This document shows positions 45,550-53,642 of a stretch of DNA of 64,000 nt, piece after piece. The notes beneath the pieces were generated by a model. It worked only from the letters and a program-made list of their open reading frames with translations, was not told where the DNA came from and made no database searches. Source of the DNA: Bacteroidota bacterium (GTDB lineage: Bacteria; Bacteroidota; Bacteroidia; Bacteroidales; JAAUTT01); NCBI GenBank assembly GCA_023429135.1, contig JAEYWD010000033.1, positions 372-64,371 of the forward strand, written 5' to 3'. Numbering within the stretch: position 1 is the stretch's first letter; the number at the start of each line of letters is the position of its first letter. Both the position numbers and the translations under genes were made by a program.

Positions 45550-46776
45550 CTACATATTCTTAACAATCTCATCACCAAACTCTGAGCATTTTAGCTTTGT
45601 GGCTCCCTGCATCAGGCGTTCGAAATCGTAAGTTACGCGTTTGTTTTTTATGGCACCCTGAAGTCCTTTTACAATCAGGTCGCCAGCTTCCTTCCAGCCC
45701 ATGTGCTCCAGCATCATTACTCCCGAAAGAATTACAGATCCGGGGTTTACCATATCCTTACCGGCATATTTTGGAGCGGTGCCGTGTGTTGCTTCAAAAA
45801 CGGCATGTCCCGTTTCGTAATTGATGTTAGCTCCAGGGGCTATGCCAATACCACCAACTATTGCAGCAAGGGCATCGGAGATGTAGTCGCCGTTCAGGTT
45901 GAGGGTTGCTATAACCGAGTATTCGGCTGGACGGGTCAATATCTGTTGAAGGAAGGCATCGGCAATAGCATCTTTGATAACGATGTCCTTACCGGTGCGA
46001 GGGTTCTTCAAAGTACACCATGGACCACCATCAATTTCAGTGGCATTAAATTCTTTTTTAGCCAATGCATAACCCCAGTCGCGGAAACCACCTTCGGTAA
46101 ATTTCATGATGTTACCCTTATGAACGAGTGTCAGGGAGGGAAGGTCGTGTTCAATGGTGTATTCAATGGCAGCTCTTACGAGGCGATCGGTTCCTGCTTT
46201 GGAAACGGGTTTGATGCCGATGGAGGACGATTCGGGGAAACGGATTTTCTTCACTTTCATTTCGTTGATGAGGAAGTCGATTACTTTCTTTACCTCATCG
46301 GTTCCCGACATCCACTCAATTCCTGCATAGATATCTTCGGAGTTCTCGCGGAAAATAACCATGTTGGTTGTTGTCGGATCTTTTACAGGTGTGGGAACAC
46401 CTTCGTAATAACGAACAGGACGCAGACAAACGTACAGATCGAGCTCCTGACGGAGAGCAACGTTTAACGAGCGGATACCGCCACCTACCGGAGTGGTAAG
46501 AGGTCCTTTTATGGCAACCAGATATTCGCGGATAATGTCGAGAGTTTCGGTTGGAAGCCATTCATTTTTAAGCTTATAGGCTTTTTCTCCGGCATAAACT
46601 TCCTTCCATACAATTTTCTTTTTACCCTGGTATGCCTTTTCTACAGCCGCATCTAGAACTTTTACCGATGCAGCCCAGATATCAGGTCCTGTACCATCGC
46701 CTTCAATAAAAGGCACAACAGGAAAATCGGGTACATTCAGAATACCATTCGTACATGTAATTTTCTGTCCTTCCAT
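45550..46776 (-). CDS. icd: NADP-dependent isocitrate dehydrogenase (prokaryotic homodimeric type)
   Basis: 408 aa with the phosphorylatable-Ser context ([13 protein letters not shown]), NLNGDYISD and GTAPKYAG. Confidence 0.93.
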   Translation of the reverse strand: MEGQKITCTNGILNVPDFPVVPFIEGDGTGPDIWAASVKVLDAAVEKAYQGKKKIVWKEVYAGEKAYKLKNEWLPTETLDIIREYLVAIKGPLTTPVGGGIRSLNVALRQELDLYVCLRPVRYYEGVPTPVKDPTTTNMVIFRENSEDIYAGIEWMSGTDEVKKVIDFLINEMKVKKIRFPESSSIGIKPVSKAGTDRLVRAAIEYTIEHDLPSLTLVHKGNIMKFTEGGFRDWGYALAKKEFNATEIDGGPWCTLKNPRTGKDIVIKDAIADAFLQQILTRPAEYSVIATLNLNGDYISDALAAIVGGIGIAPGANINYETGHAVFEATHGTAPKYAGKDMVNPGSVILSGVMMLEHMGWKEAGDLIVKGLQGAIKNKRVTYDFERLMQGATKLKCSEFGDEIVKNM

Positions 46777-46796
46777 TTGTTACTTATATTAATTAA

Positions 46797-48488
46797 CTAT
46801 TCAAAATCGAGGTTGAATTGTTGTTTCAACTTCAACAGTTCCGGATATTGTTTCGCCAAGTGATCAAATTTATCCTCGGCTGTGTAAAGTCTGTTACTTT
46901 CTACTTTATCTGTAATAATGGTAACAATGTCGAGGCTAAAGTTGTTTAAGTTTTTTCTGAGATAAGTTAATAATTTTATTCGAATGTTGCGTATTAAATC
47001 TTCCTGTAACGGGTTGCTTACAGGAAATTCAATTATACCGTTTTCTTTGAGTATAGGTTGATATGCAACCAGTGTGCTATAAATCCGGGGTTCGCTGTCT
47101 TTCAGATTTTCAGCATAACTTTTCCAGGAATTTTCGAGCTGCTGTTGATTTACCGGCTGATTGTCTGCTGGTAAATTCTGTTGCTGCACAGGGTCCTCAT
47201 TAACCTGTTTCTCCTTTATTTCGGGTTTTGTATACGACCCTTTCATGGCATCTTTCAACGATGGGGTGGAAGGTCGGGGCTGAGTAGGTGGAGTTACTGC
47301 TTTAGCTTCGTTTTGAGGGGTAACTGTGTTATTATCAGCCTTAACAGCGGGGTTTGCCTTGGCCGATGTTACTTCAGGTTCAGAGTTTTTTTTTTCGGGG
47401 TCGATATTGCTGAGTTGGATGAGGGCAAGTTCGACGTGCAGACGCTGGTTTTTGCTGATTTTGTATTGGACATCGCATTGATTGCAGATGGTCAGTGCTT
47501 CGAATATGAAGTCGGGGACACATCGTGCTGCCTGAACTTTGTATTGCTCCCTGATGCTGGCCGAGACCTCCAGCAGTTGAAGGGTTATCGCATCCTTGCA
47601 TACCAGCAGATCGCGAAAGTGTGAGCTTAATCCACTGATAAAGTTATGCCCGTCGAACCCTTTATCCAGAATTTCATCGAAAAGCAGCAAAGCTTTACCA
47701 ACATTATGCTCCAGAAAAGCATCCACAAGCTTAAAATAGAATTCATAATCGAGCACGTTGAGGCTCTCAATCACACCCTTGTAGGTGAGGTTGTTACCTA
47801 CGAAGCTCACCATCTGGTCGTAAATAGACAGAGCGTCGCGCATACCACCATCGGCTTTCTGGGCAATAACACTGAGCGCTTCCACTTCGTAATTTACTGA
47901 TTCGTTTTTCGAAATATGTTCGAGGTATTGAACGGTATCTTCTATACGGATGCGGTGAAAATCAAATATCTGACAGCGTGATAAAATCGTTGGGATAATC
48001 TTGTGTTTTTCGGTCGTGGCCAGAATAAAGATAGCATGAGCAGGCGGCTCTTCCAGTGTTTTTAGAAAAGCATTGAAAGCCTGGGACGACAACATATGAA
48101 CCTCGTCGATGATATAGATGCTGTATTTGCCAATTTGTGGCGGGATGCGCACCTGATCAATAAGGGTGCGGATATCTTCAACCGAGTTATTCGAAGCGGC
48201 ATCGAGCTCATGGATGTTGTAGGAGCGCGATTCGCTGAAGGCTTTACACGATTCACATTCGTTACAAGCTTCAGTATCGGGAGTACGGTTTAAACAGTTG
48301 AGCGTTTTGGCAAAAATACGCGCACAGGTTGTTTTACCAACACCCCTGGGACCACAAAACAAGTATGCATGTGCAATATGATTTGTTTTAATGGCATTTT
48401 TAAGCGTATTGGTAACAGCATGCTGACCAACCACCGAAATAAACGTGGCAGGCCTGTATTTACGCGCTGAAACTATAAAATCACTCAT
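46797..48488 (-). CDS. dnaX: DNA polymerase III subunits gamma/tau
   Basis: Starts at MSDFIVSARKYRP. Carries Walker A (GPRGVGKTT), a Zn module (CNECESC), IYIIDEVHMLS and SRCQ.F.F, then a Pro/Gln-rich tau-specific tail. The track ORF starts at an upstream TTG (48509). Confidence 0.93.
   Translation of the reverse strand: MSDFIVSARKYRPATFISVVGQHAVTNTLKNAIKTNHIAHAYLFCGPRGVGKTTCARIFAKTLNCLNRTPDTEACNECESCKAFSESRSYNIHELDAASNNSVEDIRTLIDQVRIPPQIGKYSIYIIDEVHMLSSQAFNAFLKTLEEPPAHAIFILATTEKHKIIPTILSRCQIFDFHRIRIEDTVQYLEHISKNESVNYEVEALSVIAQKADGGMRDALSIYDQMVSFVGNNLTYKGVIESLNVLDYEFYFKLVDAFLEHNVGKALLLFDEILDKGFDGHNFISGLSSHFRDLLVCKDAITLQLLEVSASIREQYKVQAARCVPDFIFEALTICNQCDVQYKISKNQRLHVELALIQLSNIDPEKKNSEPEVTSAKANPAVKADNNTVTPQNEAKAVTPPTQPRPSTPSLKDAMKGSYTKPEIKEKQVNEDPVQQQNLPADNQPVNQQQLENSWKSYAENLKDSEPRIYSTLVAYQPILKENGIIEFPVSNPLQEDLIRNIRIKLLTYLRKNLNNFSLDIVTIITDKVESNRLYTAEDKFDHLAKQYPELLKLKQQFNLDFE
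47386..47395 (-). other. A10 homopolymer inside dnaX (candidate recoding / transcriptional-slippage site)
   Basis: The coding strand reads GAA AAA AAA AAC TCT GAA CCT GAA GTA A. The -1 frame reads AAA CTC TGA (stop at 47380-47382), confirmed by the track ORF 47380..47601 that ends ...KKKL. The +1 frame reads ACT CTG AAC CTG AAG TAA. Confidence 0.5.
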
Positions 48489-48537
48489 CTTTGATTCTCC
48501 TTGTTGCAAAGATATGTATTTATAGTTTCCGCAAAAG

Positions 48538-48600
48538 GGCTGTTGATAAATTTAGTAGGTTAGTCGATAGCTGTTAGTCCATAGTCGATTGCCAACAGCC
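48538..48600. repeat. second copy of the GTCCATAG/GTCGATAG word element, flanked by an 8-bp inverted repeat
   Basis: ggctgttg (48538-45) pairs with caacagcc (48593-600). The interior tagtcgatagctgttagtccatagtcgat shares the exact 14-mer agtccatagtcgat with 45470-45483. Confidence 0.65.
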
Positions 48601-48620
48601 GGATTCTAATTTTCATTTTT

Positions 48621-48657
48621 CGGTCACCCTCTCCATATGGAGAGGGCCGGGGTGAGG
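48621..48657. repeat. REP-like GC-rich palindrome downstream of the DoxX-fusion gene
   Basis: ccctctcc-atat-ggagaggg is a perfect 8-bp stem (48627-48646), with outer pairing tcaccc/ggggtga. No T-tract follows on the minus strand. Confidence 0.6.
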
Positions 48658-48658
48658 C

Positions 48659-50182
48659 TTATCCCCGCCACTCTCTTTCCCGCTTCAAATCCTTCAAAAC
48701 ATCGAGGGTAATGTTAATATTATCCACCACCTGGAAATCAAACATACCGACGCAAATAAAGTCTGCGCCATTTTCGAAAGCCCAGCGGAAACCATCTTTA
48801 GGTTCGATAGCTCCTGCGGCCAGCACTTTGAAGCCCATCACCGGAACTTTTGCTTTACTTACAAAATCGACTGTTTTCTCTGGAAACAAGCAGAAACAGT
48901 TATCGTGAAATTTGTTATGATCCAAATGTTTTTGGCCGTCTACTTCAAAGGGAACACGGAACTCGCGTGGATGTGCCGACCAATACTTGTCGTGGTGCAT
49001 CGTTTTCATATAATAATCGGGAATAATGCCTTGTTCCTCACAGGCAACAAGCGACTCGATAGAATGAGAGGCCAGTCCGGCTGTGTATCCTTGTTTGCGT
49101 ATGTGATCCATCATTTTCTGTATCACCTCCATTTTTTGATCTCTAACGAGCCAGTCGCACCAGTTTCCCTGAATCTGAACAATGTCCACTCCAAAGTCAA
49201 TGGCTTTATCTATATTAACAAAGTAGTCGTTTTTATCCATTTCGGGTCCCACCTGCGATATGACATTAATTTTACTGCCGAACAGTTTTTTATATTTTGC
49301 AATCAACGGGTTGGACGGGAAGCCGATGTTAATTGTATTGATTCCGGCCTGTTCAGCCAACATCAGGGTTTCGTATACCTTTTTTTCCGTATTGTAGGCT
49401 TTGAATAGCGAAGGAACATAAAGCAGATCCCTGGAATGAGCCCAGCCTCCAATAAGATTACCTCCTAAAACCAGACGGCTAATTTCGTGTTTACCAATTA
49501 TGCCTTTCGGCAATTCACCTTTCAGTTCCGATAGCGATAATTGCTTTACCTGGATGGTGGCACCCGAAGTAACATCTACTCCATTGCTTTTTTCGTTCCT
49601 GAAAGCTCCCCAACCCATCAGACCAAGTATTGGTAGAGAAGCCAGATTCTTCAAAGCCTCTCTTCTTGAAGAAGTTGTATCAGGTTTAGGTTCGTTCATT
49701 TTTTGTACCCGGAAATAATCGACCAGGTTGTCAATTCCATACCCTTTTTCGTTGAAAAGAGCAATAAAAATAAGCGCCGCGGCTTCAATAAGAAGTTTAT
49801 CGACTATAAAAAGATGTCCTTCGGTGGCCCCAAACAAATTGGTCCCGAATGGCGGATAGGCAAAATAATAAAGTGTCAATAGCAAAGCGCCGGCGAGAGA
49901 GGCGTATCGAATGGCAAAACCAATAGACAATGCAAGGCCAATGAGCAGCAGACCGTACATGTTCATCAGGTCGCTTACTTTCAGGAGTGCTGGTGAGTTT
50001 GCAATGCCATGATAGAAACCCGACATAAACCCCGTGGTATTCAATAGATAACCAGAGGCGGTCCAATCTGGCGTGAATATCTTTGAAAGGCCTTCGTAAA
50101 GAAAGTGCCATCCGATAGCAATTCTAAGGATGGTAATGAGTAAACGACGGTAGTTGTGTTTGATAGTCATATAAACTTGCAT
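48659..50182 (-). CDS. DoxX-like membrane domain fused to a ~340-aa domain that is preceded by an internal twin-arginine-like signal
   Basis: The N-terminal 150 aa look DoxX-like (RIAIGWHFLYEGLSKI plus 4 hydrophobic helices). At aa 162 the sequence reads MNEPKPDTTSSRREALKNLASLPILGLMGWGAF, a Tat-signal pattern (SRRxxLK plus h-region). An uncharacterised soluble domain follows. Confidence 0.6.
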   Translation of the reverse strand: MQVYMTIKHNYRRLLITILRIAIGWHFLYEGLSKIFTPDWTASGYLLNTTGFMSGFYHGIANSPALLKVSDLMNMYGLLLIGLALSIGFAIRYASLAGALLLTLYYFAYPPFGTNLFGATEGHLFIVDKLLIEAAALIFIALFNEKGYGIDNLVDYFRVQKMNEPKPDTTSSRREALKNLASLPILGLMGWGAFRNEKSNGVDVTSGATIQVKQLSLSELKGELPKGIIGKHEISRLVLGGNLIGGWAHSRDLLYVPSLFKAYNTEKKVYETLMLAEQAGINTINIGFPSNPLIAKYKKLFGSKINVISQVGPEMDKNDYFVNIDKAIDFGVDIVQIQGNWCDWLVRDQKMEVIQKMMDHIRKQGYTAGLASHSIESLVACEEQGIIPDYYMKTMHHDKYWSAHPREFRVPFEVDGQKHLDHNKFHDNCFCLFPEKTVDFVSKAKVPVMGFKVLAAGAIEPKDGFRWAFENGADFICVGMFDFQVVDNINITLDVLKDLKREREWRG

Positions 50183-50244
50183 TTAGATTTGAAGTGAAAT
50201 TAATTATTTAGGTAATCGGTTGGCAAAAAGCTGCTGGTCATTTG

Positions 50245-50266
50245 CTGGCCAAAGTCTGGCCAAAGT
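50245..50266. promoter_or_regulatory. tandem direct 11-mer (CTGGCCAAAGT x2) in a divergent intergenic region
   Basis: tgCTGGCCAAAGTCTGGCCAAAGTg, with a degenerate third copy (ctggtca) at 50234-50240. It lies between the DoxX-fusion gene and the 50334 gene. Confidence 0.35.
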
Positions 50267-50333
50267 GTTTTTTATTCACAAACAAAGATTTTTTATTTTT
50301 TAATTACTTTAGTGCAGGCAACTAAATTAACTG

Positions 50334-51575
50334 ATGCACGAGAATTCATATCTGGAGGAATGTATACGAATGCTGGAAAGGAAGTTGAACCAGGGACCTT
50401 ATAGTCAATGGACAGCATCCGATTTCTCCGTGCTTAGCCAGCAAATTTTTGATGCCACAGGTAAAACAGTGAGCGATTCCACTTTAAAAAGAATTTTTGG
50501 GAAGAAAGATGCTGGCGAAAATTACACACCACAATTATATACCCGGAATGCCTTAGTCGAATATTTGGGATTTAGAGATTGGCAACAATTTAAAAATGAG
50601 TTGAAGGCAGAGGGACCTTCCACACACCAAATAGAAAAGAAATATCCTTTAGGATTAACTGGTATTTTGATTCTTTGTACCGTTGCTATGGTGGTTATAA
50701 TTTACTTCACTGGTGTAATCGGGGGAGGAGAAAAGGTATGGTTGAAAGCGGAACGAACATCACAAACGGTACCCATTACAACGGTTTTTCACTACGATGT
50801 TTCTGAAGTAAAAGACAGTGTTTTTATCGATTTTGGAAACAATACCACTGTGCCACTTCCAAAGGATAAGCATACAATTACCGAGTATTATAAAGCTGCC
50901 GGAATATTTTATCCCCGTATCCTTACAAGAAAAAAGGTGTTGGATTCGGTTCGAATTGTGAATTTTTCCGCTGGCTGGCAGGGCGGCTATTCTCCAAACG
51001 ATGATTATCGCATGTTTATTCCATTTGAAGATTCAGCAGTTTTCAGGCAGAACGATCGTCTTTACATTGCTCCCTTTGATTTAAAAATTCCTGATCCGCT
51101 TTACAATAAAGGAATTTATGCCGAGTACCGGTTGATGCGCGATTTTAATGTTTCGTTGGACAACCTGGAATTTTCTGCCACCGTTAAAAACTCTCCGCAG
51201 GAGGGTGGAAAGCTATGTTACGATGTTGAGATCTGGCTTATAGGATCGGACGATAACTGTAAGGTAAGATTTGTGGAACCGGGCTGTTTTCGTTATGGTC
51301 AGTTGAAAATAAGTGAAGAAGTTTTTAGTGGTAGATATGACGATCTATCAGCCTTGGCCCGCGACCTTAAAAACTGGACCACTATTTGTATTAAACTGGA
51401 AAGTAAACAGGTTACTGTCCAATACAATAGCTCAGATATTTTAAAACAACAATATCAAAATACTCTGGGAAAGCTCCTTGGCTTTTATTTTCGTTTTTAT
51501 GGAACAGGATCTCTCAGGGAAGTTTCAATCCGAAACTCAAAAGAGAACTCGTTGATATATAAAGGTAATTTCTGA
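50334..51575 (+). CDS. single-pass transmembrane protein of unknown function heading the glycoside hydrolase cluster
   Basis: 413 aa: a ~100-aa cytoplasmic N-terminal region (..SDSTLKRIFGKK..), a TM helix (LGLTGILILCTVAMVVIIYFTGVIG) and a ~280-aa extracytoplasmic beta-rich region. No recognisable family. Confidence 0.5.
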   Translation: MHENSYLEECIRMLERKLNQGPYSQWTASDFSVLSQQIFDATGKTVSDSTLKRIFGKKDAGENYTPQLYTRNALVEYLGFRDWQQFKNELKAEGPSTHQIEKKYPLGLTGILILCTVAMVVIIYFTGVIGGGEKVWLKAERTSQTVPITTVFHYDVSEVKDSVFIDFGNNTTVPLPKDKHTITEYYKAAGIFYPRILTRKKVLDSVRIVNFSAGWQGGYSPNDDYRMFIPFEDSAVFRQNDRLYIAPFDLKIPDPLYNKGIYAEYRLMRDFNVSLDNLEFSATVKNSPQEGGKLCYDVEIWLIGSDDNCKVRFVEPGCFRYGQLKISEEVFSGRYDDLSALARDLKNWTTICIKLESKQVTVQYNSSDILKQQYQNTLGKLLGFYFRFYGTGSLREVSIRNSKENSLIYKGNF

Positions 51576-51713
51576 AGCCAGACAATTTTTAACCCGAAAT
51601 TTTACTATTAATGCATACAATTTAGATAAAAAAGGCTTTTATAAATTGGATATAGATGGATTAATACAAGCATAATCCCATATTTCCGGTTTAAAAATTA
51701 ACTATTAAGCTGC

Positions 51714-53642
51714 ATGAAACTAGCTGGTTTATTGATTCTGTTTTCTGGTTTTATCTGTTTTCAGAACACATTTTCTCAGACTGATCAGGTTTTTTTTCTG
51801 GATTCGTGGAAACAACGAACCCTTACTTTGCCCGATTATAGTGATGTTCCTCAAACTTCTGGTAGAGTAAATGTTTCGGTTAAAATAGATGTGAACGATA
51901 CGGTAACAAAAGTCTCCAATTACATTTTTGGTGATAACGCAAATGCTTATACTTCCAGTATGTCCGACAATCCCACTCTGATGGGATATATGGTCGACAG
52001 GGATATGGGTGTGTTACGTGGCCCCTCCGGGAGTATTTCCGATGTTTATTTCTGGAACCGATATGATACCGATCCTCCAACTGATGTTCCCAAAAGACTT
52101 GCCGGGGAAACTTCCGATTTTAGTCCCTGGTACGGGAAACGTCAATCATGGGCTAACTGGAGCATGGATGTCGATTCGTTTTACCGGATTTTATCGCAGG
52201 TGAAAGCAACGGGAATGATAACCGTTAATTATGGGTATGCCCGGTATGGTACAAGCGACAATCCTGTTGCAAAAGCGGCACACCTTGCTGCCGATTGGGT
52301 ACGATATGATAAAGGTCGTTCCAGGTTCTGGGAAATAGGCAATGAGGTTTTCGGAAGCTGGGAGGCAGGATACAGAATTGATAAGGCGCTGAATAAAGAT
52401 AATCAGCCTGAATATATCAACGGAACCATTTACGGGAAGCATTGCCTGGTTTTTATCGATTCCATGAAAAAAGCCGCTGCCGAAATTGGTGCTGACATCA
52501 AAATAGGGGTAGTGCTGGTTGAAGAAAACAACACATCGGCACCCAACTGGAATGATGATGTCTTCAACCAGGTTGCCGATAAAACTGATTTTTATGTAAT
52601 TCACAGTTATTTCACGCCTTATAATCAAAATTCTACTGCTGCCGTTATCCTAAACTCCTATTCAAAAACAGGTAATTACCGTGATTATATCTGGAATGCG
52701 CTTGCTGCAAAAGGTAAGCTCAAACGTCCCATTGCACTTACTGAATATAATATTTTTGCAGTAGGTTCCATGCAGGCGGTTTCACATATTAACGCGTTAC
52801 ATGCCCCTCTTGTTATGGGAGAAGGTATCCGTACAGGATTAGGTGCGGCATTGCGATGGGATTTGGCAAACGGGTGGGATAATGGTAACGACCATGGAAT
52901 GTTTTCCTACGGAAATGAACCCAATGTCGAAAATTTTTCGCCGCGTCCCGCTTTTTACAGCATGTATATGTTTCGTAAGTATTTTGGCGATGTAATGGTT
53001 AAAAGCACTGTGTTGGGGAGCAGCGATATTGTCGTTTTTGCCTCGCGGTTTTCTTCCGGACAGGCGAGTGCCATGATAATTAATAAAGGTAATGCGTCAC
53101 AAACAGCACGTATAAATGTTGCAAATTTCAAATTTGGCCAGAAATATTATACTTACACACTCACAGGCGGCACCGATAATGGAAGTTTCTCCAGAAAAAT
53201 ATATATTAATTCTGTAGGTCCGGCAGGTGTGGCTGGCGGACCATTAAACTATAAAACCATCAAGGCTAATGCTTCAATAATCGACAATGAAATAAAAGTC
53301 GAAATACCAGCGTACTCCATGGTTGTATTTTTAGCTGATAAAGGAGAAAAGAGTCTGGTTATTGATGAAACTTATTCGGGATTAGGAATTGAGTCCGATT
53401 TGAAATCAAAATCCGGAGTTTCGTTTTATCCGGTTCCCGCTCGTGAAAAAGTAAGTATTGCAACCAATGGGCAAATTTTCAATAAATTGGAAATTATTGA
53501 TTTATATGGGAAGACAATTCAGACTTGTCGCGATGAAATTACGGATGATTATTCAATTGATTTAAACATTCCCGGTGGGCTCTACCTTGTAAAGCTTTCC
53601 GGGGAAAATGAAGAAGTTACAGGGAAAATTTTGAAAGAATAA
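51714..53642 (+). CDS. secreted clan GH-A-like glycoside hydrolase with a T9SS C-terminal sorting domain (family not assigned)
   Basis: Signal peptide, then FWEIGNEVFGSWEAGY (acid/base NE context) and ALTEYNIF (nucleophile-like E). The C-terminal ~75 aa (FYPVPAREKVSI...GGLYLVKL...GKILKE) match the type-A Por/T9SS CTD pattern. Confidence 0.65.
   Translation: MKLAGLLILFSGFICFQNTFSQTDQVFFLDSWKQRTLTLPDYSDVPQTSGRVNVSVKIDVNDTVTKVSNYIFGDNANAYTSSMSDNPTLMGYMVDRDMGVLRGPSGSISDVYFWNRYDTDPPTDVPKRLAGETSDFSPWYGKRQSWANWSMDVDSFYRILSQVKATGMITVNYGYARYGTSDNPVAKAAHLAADWVRYDKGRSRFWEIGNEVFGSWEAGYRIDKALNKDNQPEYINGTIYGKHCLVFIDSMKKAAAEIGADIKIGVVLVEENNTSAPNWNDDVFNQVADKTDFYVIHSYFTPYNQNSTAAVILNSYSKTGNYRDYIWNALAAKGKLKRPIALTEYNIFAVGSMQAVSHINALHAPLVMGEGIRTGLGAALRWDLANGWDNGNDHGMFSYGNEPNVENFSPRPAFYSMYMFRKYFGDVMVKSTVLGSSDIVVFASRFSSGQASAMIINKGNASQTARINVANFKFGQKYYTYTLTGGTDNGSFSRKIYINSVGPAGVAGGPLNYKTIKANASIIDNEIKVEIPAYSMVVFLADKGEKSLVIDETYSGLGIESDLKSKSGVSFYPVPAREKVSIATNGQIFNKLEIIDLYGKTIQTCRDEITDDYSIDLNIPGGLYLVKLSGENEEVTGKILKE

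Noticed and set aside
45703-46467. 254-aa plus-strand ORF antisense to icd
   Set aside because: It sits inside a highly conserved isocitrate dehydrogenase gene and its own product shows no recognisable motifs.
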